DNA of 42,037 bases from Sphaeroforma arctica JP610 (Eukaryota), in NCBI RefSeq assembly GCF_001186125.1, contig NW_014040069.1, positions 1 to 42,037 of the forward strand, read 5' to 3'. The notes under the pieces were generated by a model that was not told the DNA's origin, searched no databases, and worked only from the letters and a program-made list of their open reading frames with translations. Shown one piece after another: positions 11,578 to 22,721 of this stretch (positions within the stretch are counted from its first letter, which is position 1; every line of letters starts with the position of its first letter). A program made the translations under genes and the position numbers.

Positions 11578-13093
11578 TTATCCTTCAACTTGCTTTGGTT
11601 GATGTTGTACGAATGCTTTCTTCTGCTTGTTGACATCGTTTTTGTCGTTTTGGTTCCGTCTCCGGCGGCGGATGACCCCTCCGTACCTTTCTACAAATTG
11701 GTTCGGCCGTTTTACCCCATGCTTCTTTTTATATAATCCGCAAGCATTGCAAACTATCTCGTCGGGTCCCAAGCACCGCCACAGTGTTGTTTTGTTGATA
11801 CCGCAATGTGCGCAGATTGTATCCGGCTTCTTTTCCACTACACGTCCACTCTTCGTCCATTTCCGTTCCGTCGTGTTTACCAAACCGGCTACTGCTTCCC
11901 CGGTACTGCGCATAGCGAATATGTTCTGCTCTTGCAAACTATACCTTCCCGAGCCTTTATCGGTGTGCTGCTGCTCAACAGCTGGTGCACATCTCGTACC
12001 CATCGCGGTATTCAGCATACTTATGTTAGCAAAACTCTCGGATTTTACTTGGTCTAAAGGCTGTAAAGAGAGCTGTCTATCTGCCATTGTATGATCTAGC
12101 TGTATCAGGGATGATTTCAGTTGAGTTGGCCAGTGTTCCCTGTCTGCCTGCTGCATTCCAGTCATTTTTTTATAGTATTCGTGCGATTTAGGTATATATG
12201 AGCCTTGAGATTGTCTTATGGAGCTTTGCTCCCCAAATTTGTGTTGCTGATTATATTGATGTAGTTTCAACAAATTTGTAGAGTGTGCTGAAACTGCATT
12301 TGTCTGCATTTGTTGGTATTCTCTGCTCAAAAACAAATCAGTCTGTGGAACCACACTTAGATTACTCATCATAGCGGCAGTTTCCGTAGACAATGATTGC
12401 GGCATGTTGTATGACTGACCAATGCCTTGATCCTGTAGTGTGTGATTGTACCACTCATCTATTTGATTCCATGATGGTGACAAAATATCAGCAGCATTGT
12501 CTTTCAGTGCAGGCGAATGCACTGTGCTTGTATTCGTTGAAATATCGCCTGCGTGTGTATACAGTTGTGGATCTATTTCAAACAACATTGACAACGGGAT
12601 GTTTCCGAAAGCTAGTGAACTCGCAGTATTGTTGATGGGTACGTGGTCGAATGAAAATCTTTTGAAAGAGCTACCTTTCGTAACTACGTTATGCTCGGGC
12701 ATGGTGCTTGTGTTTAACAACTGTTCAGGCACAATGTGAGTTTCCTCGACATTACTATGAATTTGAAGGGCCCAGGCCGTATCTGAAGCGAATAAACGGG
12801 GTGTATGAGCCTCGTTTGTGACCTCGGTATATACCGAGTTTATATGTTTAGTCAGGTCTATGAAGTAACGGCACGCAAATCACTCGAAGTTCTAGACTAA
12901 GAGTGTTTTGCGATGAAATATGCTGTTATTGTGAAACTGACTGCTTGTCATCAGTGGTATTATGAGCAATCCGTGGCATTAGTCAATCATATTTGTAAAT
13001 AAACGTCTTCTTCACAGAGGCACCCGTAGACTCACTCTTTGAGAAAGTCGCAGACGCAGCATCGTGATTCGTGAATTCGTGACCTGTGTACAT
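11578..13093 (-). CDS. Single zinc-finger GATA transcription factor (C-X2-C-X17-C-X2-C), 2 exons, 445 aa
   Basis: Finger CAHCGINKTTLWRCLGPDEIVCNACGLYKKKHGVKRP followed by a basic tail (IRRRRR). Exon 1 is 13093-13036 (MYTGHEFTNHDAASATFSK, phase-1 GTGAGT donor). The 178-bp intron ends TTCATAG. Exon 2 (12857-11578) is open in frame. Confidence 0.9.
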
Positions 13094-14472
13094 TGATTTT
13101 TGAAAAATAAAATTGAAAAAGGCGCTGACTGTGTAAATATATGTTTTTATTCTATATTATTTTTATTTTTACTGTTTGAGAAAAACAAAAAATACAAAAC
13201 AACATCCAATTCCCACCAAACGTTGACTTGCTGAAGAGCAATGTCCTGCTCATCACGACCTCAACAGTCAACTCAACAGTATTGAATATTGACATTTGAC
13301 GGTTGCAGTCTATTGCAGTCTATTTTCACTACAGATTTGATTTTGCAGCACATATGTAAATTTATTTAAAATACACCATTTTATGATGTACACTATCAGT
13401 CATCAGACTACATATATTATTGGGGTTTTTTGTTTTGTTTTTTGCTTTTGTATCCTTCTTTTTTTTTAAACAAATACAAAGGTGAAAAGAGAACAAAACA
13501 ATCAAACTATTTACAGCTGAAGTAATAATATTAATAAAAAGCCGAAGAGAAAATCATCAATCAATCAGTGATGAGTAACTCGAGGACTGTCTGAATGAAA
13601 ATTTGCAGCATGTGGATCTAAAATTCTAAAATGTGAAGTTTCCTTTTCGTTTCTATAAAACAATAGAAATATAGCAAAGTATAGCTGTGTATGTACATAC
13701 TCTTCATATTTGTTTACTATTCTCTCTCTCTCTCTCTCTCTACTCTAAGTAAAGCCTACTAATCTACTATTTACTAGCTCTCTCTCCTACTACTCTCGCT
13801 TAGAGAGCAAATACAAATTACAAACGACCACAATATATACATAAATCGGATGACATGTCCCGAATCCCGACTTCCCAAGCCCCGAGTCCCGTAACAGAGA
13901 GGCCCATGCTCCCGATTCTCAGGCACACAAACGGGCCACAGGGCACAGGCCACACACTCACAGTGACACGCTAACACTGAAAATACTAAACAGCCGTCTC
14001 CACTCTCCAGTCTCACACAGGTGACAGCCCTGGTCTCAACTCTCAAGAGGCAGCGTCCAGCAGAGCCTCAGCCAGAGCCTCAGTCAATCAATAGTTTCCG
14101 ACCACCGCCGCGACACTTCTAGGCGACTGGCGGCCTGTCCTTTGGGCCTCTCTAGGGCCTGGGGCCATGGGGCCTGGGGCCTACTACTACTCTACTATTA
14201 GAGCCCTGGAGTGCGGACTCCCTGGATGCTGGAGCCCTGGGCCTGGATTATTGGATGCCTCAAGTCCTCAACGTTGAAAATTAAAGCTATGTATCTCTTT
14301 TCTTTTACAAAAAAGGATCTTATGCTACTAGTTCTCCTCTACTCCGTGGTGCTTTAAAAAAAAGTACTGAAATAAATGTGAACGTTCTACTTCATAAATC
14401 TATAACATTTATTTGGTTAGCTTGACTCTTGAATACAGAATAGCACCTGCCATATGTAAATATCAAAAATGG

Positions 14473-14503
<31 letters not shown>

Positions 14504-14806
14504 AAAACAAATCAATTTGGTCGTTTACGTCACAACCATGGGTGACCGTAAAATTTGTCAAGGAGGCCTCAGAGGCTCAAAAGCTCAGCCTCTAAGCCCT
14601 CAACCCTCAGGCCCTCAGCCCTTTTTATATATAAAAAGCTTTATGGCACACACGCACAACAAGGAAGAGACTCCACCAGAGTTAGCCTTTTAAAAAAGTT
14701 AAAGCCCCTCTGACCTGTCAGCGAGCCCCTCACTTGGAGTTAGAGACCCAGGCCAGATCTGGCCCAGGCGCCATCACAGTGATCACACCGGCCACCGCCG
14801 GTGACA

Positions 14807-14820
14807 TGACTCACGAGTCA
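14807..14820. promoter_or_regulatory. Paired AP-1/Gcn4-like site TGACTCACGAGTCA upstream of the GATA gene
   Basis: Sequence match only; a 1-mismatch copy lies at 16510-16523. Confidence 0.3.
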
Positions 14821-16508
14821 CACGAGTGATGAGAGTTCTTTTTTCCGTTTTTTTAATTTTATAATATATAATAGACTATATTTTTTTCTAACAAATATAT
14901 ACGAAACAAACGCCTATTTGTTAAAAAAATACATTCTTGAAGAAAAATTGATCGGTCTCTTACCACACTGCCCAGGGCTCTCTTTCTGTCAGAAATCACT
15001 CCAATGACAAATCAGAAACGATCCTTCATTTTGCCCTCTCTAGGCCGTCTGGGCGGATTATATTTTGCACCATGGGGACTCGGAGAGTGGATATTTACTC
15101 TAGAAAGAGTGAGGAGTGGGGAGAATCTAGTTCAGTTGTTTTTTTAGTAAAAAGTAAAAATAAAAAGTAAAAAGAACGACATTTTATATAACCCTTTTTA
15201 AACCAAAATCAATTAAATCTTGTATTGTTTTTTTTTAAATTGAAGATAGCCATACGGTTTTTTTTTCAAAACAAATAAAATTAGTTTATTTTGTCATTGA
15301 AAAACAAAGTCTATAGGAAGACCTTAAAAACAACATAGGAAACCCCTTCTGCTCCAGGTCACTAAGGAGTAAGGACTCAATAGCAAGGACTAAAGACATC
15401 AGGTATCAGGCCTCAGGGGCCAGGGCCCAGGGCCCAGGCCCCAGGGAGGTAGGGACCCAGGGTTTTGGACTTTGGCCTCAGTTCCGAGTTCGCAGCCTTA
15501 ATAGCCTCTATAGAGGGCCGGTCAATAAAGGGGGGGGTTTTGTTTTGTTTTTTGAAACATGGTGTTTTTTTTTGTGTTTTTTAGTAAAACAAATTCACAA
15601 CCCTATCAAATATGCACAACAACAAAAGGGGACAACAACAGCCTTCAGGCCTCGCAAACGGCGACTCACCCCCACAGGCTTTTATTAGGTTGAAGTTCAG
15701 GCCTTCTGCCCCAGGCGGCCAGGCCTAGCCCCCACTCCCCAGCAAGGTGAATCAACTTCACAGGCTCACAGTCTCTCACAAGAGACAAGTCTCAAACTCT
15801 CTCAGTCTCAAAAATTACACCTGAACTATTGACTACAACACTCATTATTTAACCCTTTTTATTGAGTGTACTCTTTAACACATTATTGACTGACCTGTGT
15901 GTACTAAAATAGTACTTGTAAATGTTAGCCTTTTGTGTTGACTGTTGTGATGAATAATGATGAGTTCTTGTTATGTCAATGTGTGCAAAGTAAACTGTGC
16001 ATTTATTATTACTTCTCGTCTTCTTGCACTCTCCCTCTCGCTCTCTCTCTCTTTTTAGTAGTCGAGTAGAGTTTCTATCATACTCTCATACTGACGCTGA
16101 CGCCTGACGGCTCTAACCTACGGACGGTAGTCCGTTCACTCCGTTGTGGCTATTTTCTTCTTTTTGTATGTAAAAACAAAAAAACAAAAACCCAAAGAGA
16201 ACTTTTGTGATTTTTATTTTATTTTTTAATGAAGACTGCAAATCGAATTTATTTTAATAGTGGTCGCAGTCTTCACTGTTCTCAACTTTTATATATATGT
16301 TGGTTTTATTTTATAAAAAACAAAACAAAATATGTTTATTATTTTCATGGTACTGTATGTAAGTACATGCAACATATGCCATTTACTGCAAAAAAAAACT
16401 AAAAATATATAGTCAAGGACCAAGCATTCCAAATTTCAAACACAACTGTAACATAGCGGCAATAGGTATAAATACTTTTTAAAAATAGCCGCTTTAGAGA
16501 GTGGACTC

Positions 16509-16524
16509 ATGACTCATGAGTCAT
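16509..16524. promoter_or_regulatory. Perfect 16-bp palindrome ATGACTCATGAGTCAT (two adjacent AP-1/Gcn4 heptamers)
   Basis: TGACTCA at 16510-16516 and TGAGTCA at 16517-16523. Function is untested. Confidence 0.35.
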
Positions 16525-16939
16525 AAGTGTTTACTCTCTCTCTCTCTACTAGAGAGAGTAAATATGTAGGACTTTTGTTTTTTTTAAATGAGAGAGAGGG
16601 TCGTTAGGACCGTCAGGCTGTCAGGCATCAACGCGTCAAGTTGTCGACTTGTGTCGGCGGCACAATATTAGCACTTACATACTGGGTTGTTCTTTTTGTT
16701 GTTTTTTTTTAAACGATTTAGAGGGTTTAATATGTTCTTTTGTTTTCTATGTATTTCTTTGCTCTTTATTTTTTAAAATATATTGTTTTTATGCCCTACC
16801 GGCCCCTGGCGGCCCCTGGCCCTGGTCCCTTGGCCCCTGGGGGCTGGGGGCCTGGGGCTATCTCTCTCACTCTTTCTCTCTACTACTCTCTTTCTAGAGT
16901 AGAGAGTAGCATAGCCTTCTGTCTGTTTTAGTAGCATAG

Positions 16940-17271
16940 TTCCACACTCCACACTGTCTCAGTCCACACTCCACAGTCTCCAGTCTCCACACTTCACACT
17001 CCACAGACCAGAGTCCCAGATGGGTCAGGGGCCCAGGCCCCAGGCCCCAGGCCCCAGGGCCAGTCTAACAGACTCCCAGAGACCATAGTCCTCAGTCCAC
17101 AGTCCACCCCGCTACAGTCTACAGTCTACAATCTACAATCTACAGACAGCTACAGTCTACACTCCACAGTCCACACTCCACAGTCCACACTCCACACTCC
17201 ACACTCCACACTCCACACTCCACAGTCCACACTCCACAGTCCACACTCCACACTCACAGTCCACGACTCCA
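16940..17271. repeat. Heptamer satellite (TCCACAC/TCCACAG/TCTACAG)n
   Basis: Near-perfect array at ~17158-17271, with degenerate units from ~16940. Confidence 0.9.
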
Positions 17272-18065
17272 CGTTTATTGACCAACAAGAAGTGACAAAA
17301 AATAATAATTCACAACACGTTTGTGAATTTGTTCGAGTTATATTGTTGCGTAGACAACTCTCGCGTGGAGTGGCCCCGTGCGGCTTGCAGCCGTACATCG
17401 TGGTCCGTGACTCCCTGGTCCGTAGTCCGTGGTCCGTGGAACTTTTGCCGCAAAAGAAATTGGTTTGTTTTTGTTTTACTACATGTTTTTTTTATTAAAA
17501 GCCACAAGTGCAAGTTTTATGTATGCTTCATAATGCATGTGTAAGTAATTGAGTATTTTAAGTATACAAGTTTTTTTTTTCATTAATCTGATATATGTAA
17601 TAAAATTTGAAAAGTATTCGCCTATTTTTCTATCAGCAATTCAACTCTATTTACTCTAGAGTAGTGTCGGGCTGTAGGCTTGTACTATGGTTGAGTGTGG
17701 TGAGTGCCGACTTTTTTTGTTTTTGTTTATTTTAAAACAAAATGATTAATAAACTTCAATTTACTATTTAGCACCACAAACACGACAACAACTGTGCAAA
17801 CAATGAAGCAAACAATGAAGTTTACTACTCTCTACTCTTCCACTCTAGAGTAGTAGAGATCAGCGATAATTATGATAATTTTGATAAAACACTCTAAGTC
17901 TTCATAAACTCATACCATTGGGCAACCTTTTACTTGCTATACTCAAGGCGGAGTCAAAGCTTGCAAGAATTAGATGTCAATAGAAGTCTCTACTCTCTAC
18001 CCTCTACAGTCTAGTTTTACACAACAATAAACAAGAGGAGAAATCTTGAAACCACCATACATAGA

Positions 18066-18152
18066 GCCACCTACATAGCCACCTACGGATGTTGCCACCT
18101 ACACACGCCACAACAATTAGTGCAACCTACACTTTCCGAAAGTTCCACCTAC
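18066..18152 (+). repeat. GCCACCTAC short direct repeats, possibly subterminal repeats of the adjacent MULE
   Basis: Three exact and two variant copies just upstream of the transposase. I found no matching inverted end in the window. Confidence 0.45.
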
Positions 18153-18216
18153 TCATACTTGTATTATTATTTTTTCCAGAAATAAATAATATTATCCCTA
18201 CACGCTGCCAAACCGC

Positions 18217-18236
18217 NNNNNNNNNNNNNNNNNNNN
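18217..18236. other. Assembly gap (20 N)
   Basis: Run of n. Confidence 1.
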
Positions 18237-18286
18237 ATATATATATATTGACGTAAACCAAAGATCTCAAAATATTCTAGAGATGC

Positions 18287-21200
18287 GTGAATGAAGTAGA
18301 CAAGCAATGGAGGCCAAAAATTATTCTGAGAAAAAGCAGAATGAGGATGCTGATGATATGGGAATTCGTTAACGAAATAGTGCACACAGACAGTGAGGAC
18401 AATATCGACTGGGATCTCAGCTCTGACAACAAACACAACAAAGACATCGAAGGAAATAGCAATAGCGATGGCGGTGATGGGAATGACAGTGATGAGGCTG
18501 AAGATAACATACCTGACGAACGCGGTCTGCCAAAATTGGTACCCTGGGACCGTCCAATAAACCGCGAACATGAGTACGATCATACACCTGAGAACATTGT
18601 AAACGGATGTATCGGGGAGGAAGAACTGCATCCGCATAGAAAATTTCCCAAGCTATGCTCGGGTAAAGTTGTATTGCGATACTCTTGCTGCCAAAATGGG
18701 AGTTGTTCTATGTAGCGGCGCAGACTTGAAGCAAGGGAATGGGGTATTGAGTTCCAATAGAAGCGGTACAACCGCAAAATTAGCGAGGCGCCAAGAGATG
18801 AGGAGAAAGAGAGTAGAGCAGGAAACCAATCAAGCTCCAGTTCACCGCACTAGGCATTCCATAAAATGTGGTTGCAAATTCAAGGTAAGCAAGTTATGCC
18901 TAGCATCGCGCACTGCTGTTATGCCTAGCAATATCACGCACTGCTGTTATGCCTATCAATATCGCGCGCCGCTGCTATGACTAACTTAATATTATTTTAT
19001 TTATTCAGTTTAGCTTTGTGTTTACGAGCGCACCGCCGGGTTTTGAGGAAACTCCATTTACAGTTGGGTATAAATATGGCGGTTGGGTCGCGCCAAGCAC
19101 CCATCATTTAATACACGCTGGTGGATGCAGTCCCATTGATGATCATGCAACTGTATCATTTGTAGCCAATGGGAAAAGCGAGGTAGGTAGCTAAGCTGTT
19201 CAGAAAAGGTATATATTTTGGAAGTGGGCTATAAAGGTGTTCGAGAGAGGTGTGCGAGAGAGAGAGAGAGAGGCGAGAGAGGTGTGCAAAAGAGGTGAAC
19301 TCTAATACAATTCATTACCAAGTTATATGCTTGCAGACGAAGAGCGTCCTAGTTAATATGGCCTTGCGCAAATGTCCAACGAACGAGTTCCAAAAAAATA
19401 TTTTGTCGCTGCATCCAACGGAGGTATCCGTCACATCCCAGACTATACATAGCATCAGAGTCGTATGTTTTCCCAAGAGTCTTTGTCATAATGATTTTTT
19501 TTATAATTCACCATACTTGGTTTAGATCACCTGTCACGTGCTAAATATGAACTTATATACTTCATTTTATATTCAGAACGCAGCCAAACACGCAATAATA
19601 TTTAAGATGAGCCAGTAACTCTTTAACGACGTTAATACCTTGCCATGTTAGATAAAGAGATCCAGCACTTATGTACCTCATGAGGGTATTTCGGACGAGT
19701 ACGTCGAGGAGTTTGTGAAGATGACGGAAGAGCTATGAATGCGTAAGTATCTTATAGGTAAAAACTATATAGGATACTAAAATAACAATTCTAATATATA
19801 GTAATCACTCTAATGCTCCCTCCAATGCTTCTTTCTAATGCCCACCTCTGATGCTCCCCTCTATTGCTCCCCTTTAATGCCCACCTCTGATGCTTACCTC
19901 TAAAGCTCGCCTCTAAATCTTCACCTCAGGAGCGACAGTCTCAACTCGCAATCCATGGATCCTAATCTGTATGTACTAACACTGCGCGACGAAGCGACCA
20001 GCGTTTTAAATATGTTCTTTGGATGACGAATACTATGCGAAAAAAATATGTAACTTTGGTCGTATAGTCAGTATGGATACCCGCCATAAAGGGAACAACG
20101 ATTGGAGATGGCAGATATCTATATTTGTAGGGCCCGGCAACGACGAGAAAATCAAGTACTTCGGTGTTATGCTGTTCTATATGGAGACCAAGAATATATA
20201 TAGGTTTGCATTAGATTCTCTTCAGAAATCAAGCGAGGAGGGGCTTTGAAAACTGAGTCAGTTTTCGCCGACGGGTTTTTGAGCCAGTCCGACGTTAGAA
20301 GGCTAGTTTTATTTTGCTGATAGGTACCATACATGGCAGACTATCAGTAAGACCTTGGTAGGTACCACAGTGGGAGGGTGAAAGTGGCGTTGGACAAAGC
20401 TATGCACGCAACAACGCAACACCTATGTGACCATTACCTTGATATTGTCATTGGTATACTGTCAGAAAAGAACTCTACTACAAGGGTGAGATTCTTGAAT
20501 AAGATGAAGCAATATAGTCAACACATGTGTGACTATGGTCTAGCGACAAGTATACAATGGGATCTTAAAGGATCACAGATTAGTGAATCTTCAAACTCAC
20601 AACTGGAAGCGTGGGTTAAGTCATTGGTACTTACAATGCTTAGACTTTTCAAAGGCATAAGTAAAATCGCTAGTCAAATGCATACACACACTAGACTAGC
20701 AAAAATCAATATAGGGGGGTGGGGTGAAGGCGACAAGCCTAGATTCAACGAATCTATTCATATCGCACAGTGCCGACAGTGGGGCCCCCAACTATGTACC
20801 GAACGTTTTTCAACGGAGGTAAATAAGGCCAGATCTTATTCTGTGCATTCCATAGACGAACTGGCGAATGATACTATCTCCTACAAGTGCGCTTACATCG
20901 AAAAAGAGGACCAATCGCGAACCGTTGTATAGACGGGAGAAAGGTAATCGTTCACCTATGTAGAGTTTGAGAGTAGCAAATAAGATACGACCAGAAGAAA
21001 CAATAGACCTCTTCTCAGGTGCGAATCCTACAGCTAGGTAAAAGTCCTAGGCTGAAGGACTCGCATTGAGTCTTTATTTGTGTTTAGCAATTTCTACACT
21101 AGACTCAATATCTACTTAAGTGTTTCTCTCACACGCGGGAGTCCCGGTATCATCTACCGGTATTCCCGATATATTTCTGGTCACTCTTATCATCAGAAAT

Positions 21201-21720
21201 ATTGGATCCTAGAACGAAAACTCAGTATTTTGTAATCCTGGGTTTTGGGTTTAGGATTGGCTTTTCTGATTATCTGGCTCCTGGATGCTACACCTCTCAT
21301 GTGCCCCTCTCTCGTTCACCGCTCATGCACCCCTCTCTCGCTTATCTACTTTCCTACCTCAGGTACTTATGCACATGTGGAGATTGGAATCAATTCAAGA
21401 TTCCATGCAGACTCATTGTGCCCGTATGTCAACACCTAGGTACACCTTTGTTCAATCAGGCGTACTTCGACACCGTCTAGAAGTTCGACATAGAGAATTC
21501 TAAGGATATTAATTTCCCTATGATCGACGAAAGTGATGTAGAAAACTTCGACTATGACACGATTGGAAAGGGCGTGGGCAACAACTCTTCTGATGGTGCT
21601 AGCGATAGAGATGACAGTAGTAGCATGATTCGGATGGGAGTGGCGGTCCAGAACTACCACCACAACACGGGGATAAAATCGCGTAAGAAATCTAACAAAT
21701 TTGATTTCCATCTTATGACC
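18287..21720 (+). pseudogene. Decayed Mutator-like (MULE/FAR1-type) transposase with at least 5 spliceosomal introns
   Basis: FAR1/WRKY-GCM1-like RHSIKCGCKF...H...C. DDE core: IVSMDTRHKGN, ETKNIYRFALDSL, VFADG, C..H, SQISESSNSQL. SWIM-like CTCGDWNQFKIPCRLI (H replaced by L). Introns at 18885-19008 (branch-like GACTAAC), 19183-19336, 19463-19576, ~19743-19929 and 20944-21362. Several stops and frameshifts. Confidence 0.85.
20959..21292 (-). mobile_element. Solo LTR (334 bp) of the family that flanks the Gypsy at 29499-38916, inserted in a MULE intron
   Basis: TGTAG...CTACA termini. It aligns end to end with 29499-29825 and 38581-38916. Flanks CCTA/CCTC fit a 4-bp TSD with one mismatch. Confidence 0.88.
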
Positions 21721-21721
21721 G

Positions 21722-22663
21722 CTCGTCATCTTTTGTCACTGATATTAGACTCAATAACGTCAAGTAACATGCCCACCATATGCAGTGTTTCCTGGGTAGG
21801 GTAGTAGCATACATAGGATGTGCTTTCCACGATCCCTACCGGCCAAAGCCAGTACTAGCTACATTGAGATACAACGATACAGGGGAGAATACGTACACAT
21901 TATATCTCACTATACCACAGTTACTGATTTCAGGGGAGCGTCAGGAAATAATGCAAGTTATCAAATGTTGGATTGGAAGAATGTCACCCAGACGTGTAGC
22001 ATAGTAGAGTACATACCCTCCACTGGCAGGTTTAGCATATTTAAGTATCTGCGTACATCGGGTTTGTAACATGACACAAGTGCAGCATCTAGGTTAATAT
22101 TCTGTAACACAATTAAAAGCAAACCTCGTATACGGAGCTCATCGATGGTGCCTTGAAGCACCACGCCAGCACTTCACAATATACTTCCTTAAAATACCCT
22201 CGGCCCACTTGCCACTGTTCTCGGGCTGTAAGTAGAAGTGTAATGGAGACGCCCTGGCTGATTAAGTTGGTGTACTCGTGTTTGACGATATACTTGTACA
22301 ACTGTAAGACCCTGTTTTGGTTTGGTTTTTAAACCATGCTAAGTGTGATGGTTGTCGCTACCATCCTCCTATTCAAAGAAGCGTTATAATATTACAACCT
22401 ATATTATAGAAAGTATTTAACAACGGCTTAATCACTGATATAGATAGATGTTTGCAAATCGGATATGTAATACGCAGTGTTGCCAGCACATCAAATATTT
22501 GACCCGTAGTTTCATTATATGTTTGATGGTGCACAATACCACCCTACTTATACAATACATGTGGATTCGTTAAGTCTCTCATCATCTTTTTGTCACTGAT
22601 GATAGACTCAAAAACGTCAGATAACATGTCCGCCATGTGCAATGTTTCCTGGGTAGGGTAGTA
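21722..22663. repeat. ~85-bp imperfect direct repeats (21722-21806 and 22578-22663) bracketing a decayed minus-strand coding-like segment
   Basis: TCATCTTTTGTCACTGAT..TAGACTCAA..ACGTCA...GTTTCCTGGGTAGGGTAGTA occurs twice, ~856 bp apart. Confidence 0.8.
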
Positions 22664-22721
22664 TATTCACTTCCGACATAGTGTATCTATCAAATCGCTA
22701 CGGCATTCCAAAAATTACTTA

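Noticed and set aside
11627..12739. Plus-strand ORFs overlapping the GATA gene
   Set aside because: Antisense shadows of the GATA coding exon.
17158..17271. Interstitial telomeric repeat
   Set aside because: GTGTGGA/CTGTGGA units do not match a telomere repeat I can support, and they grade into local degenerate repeats.
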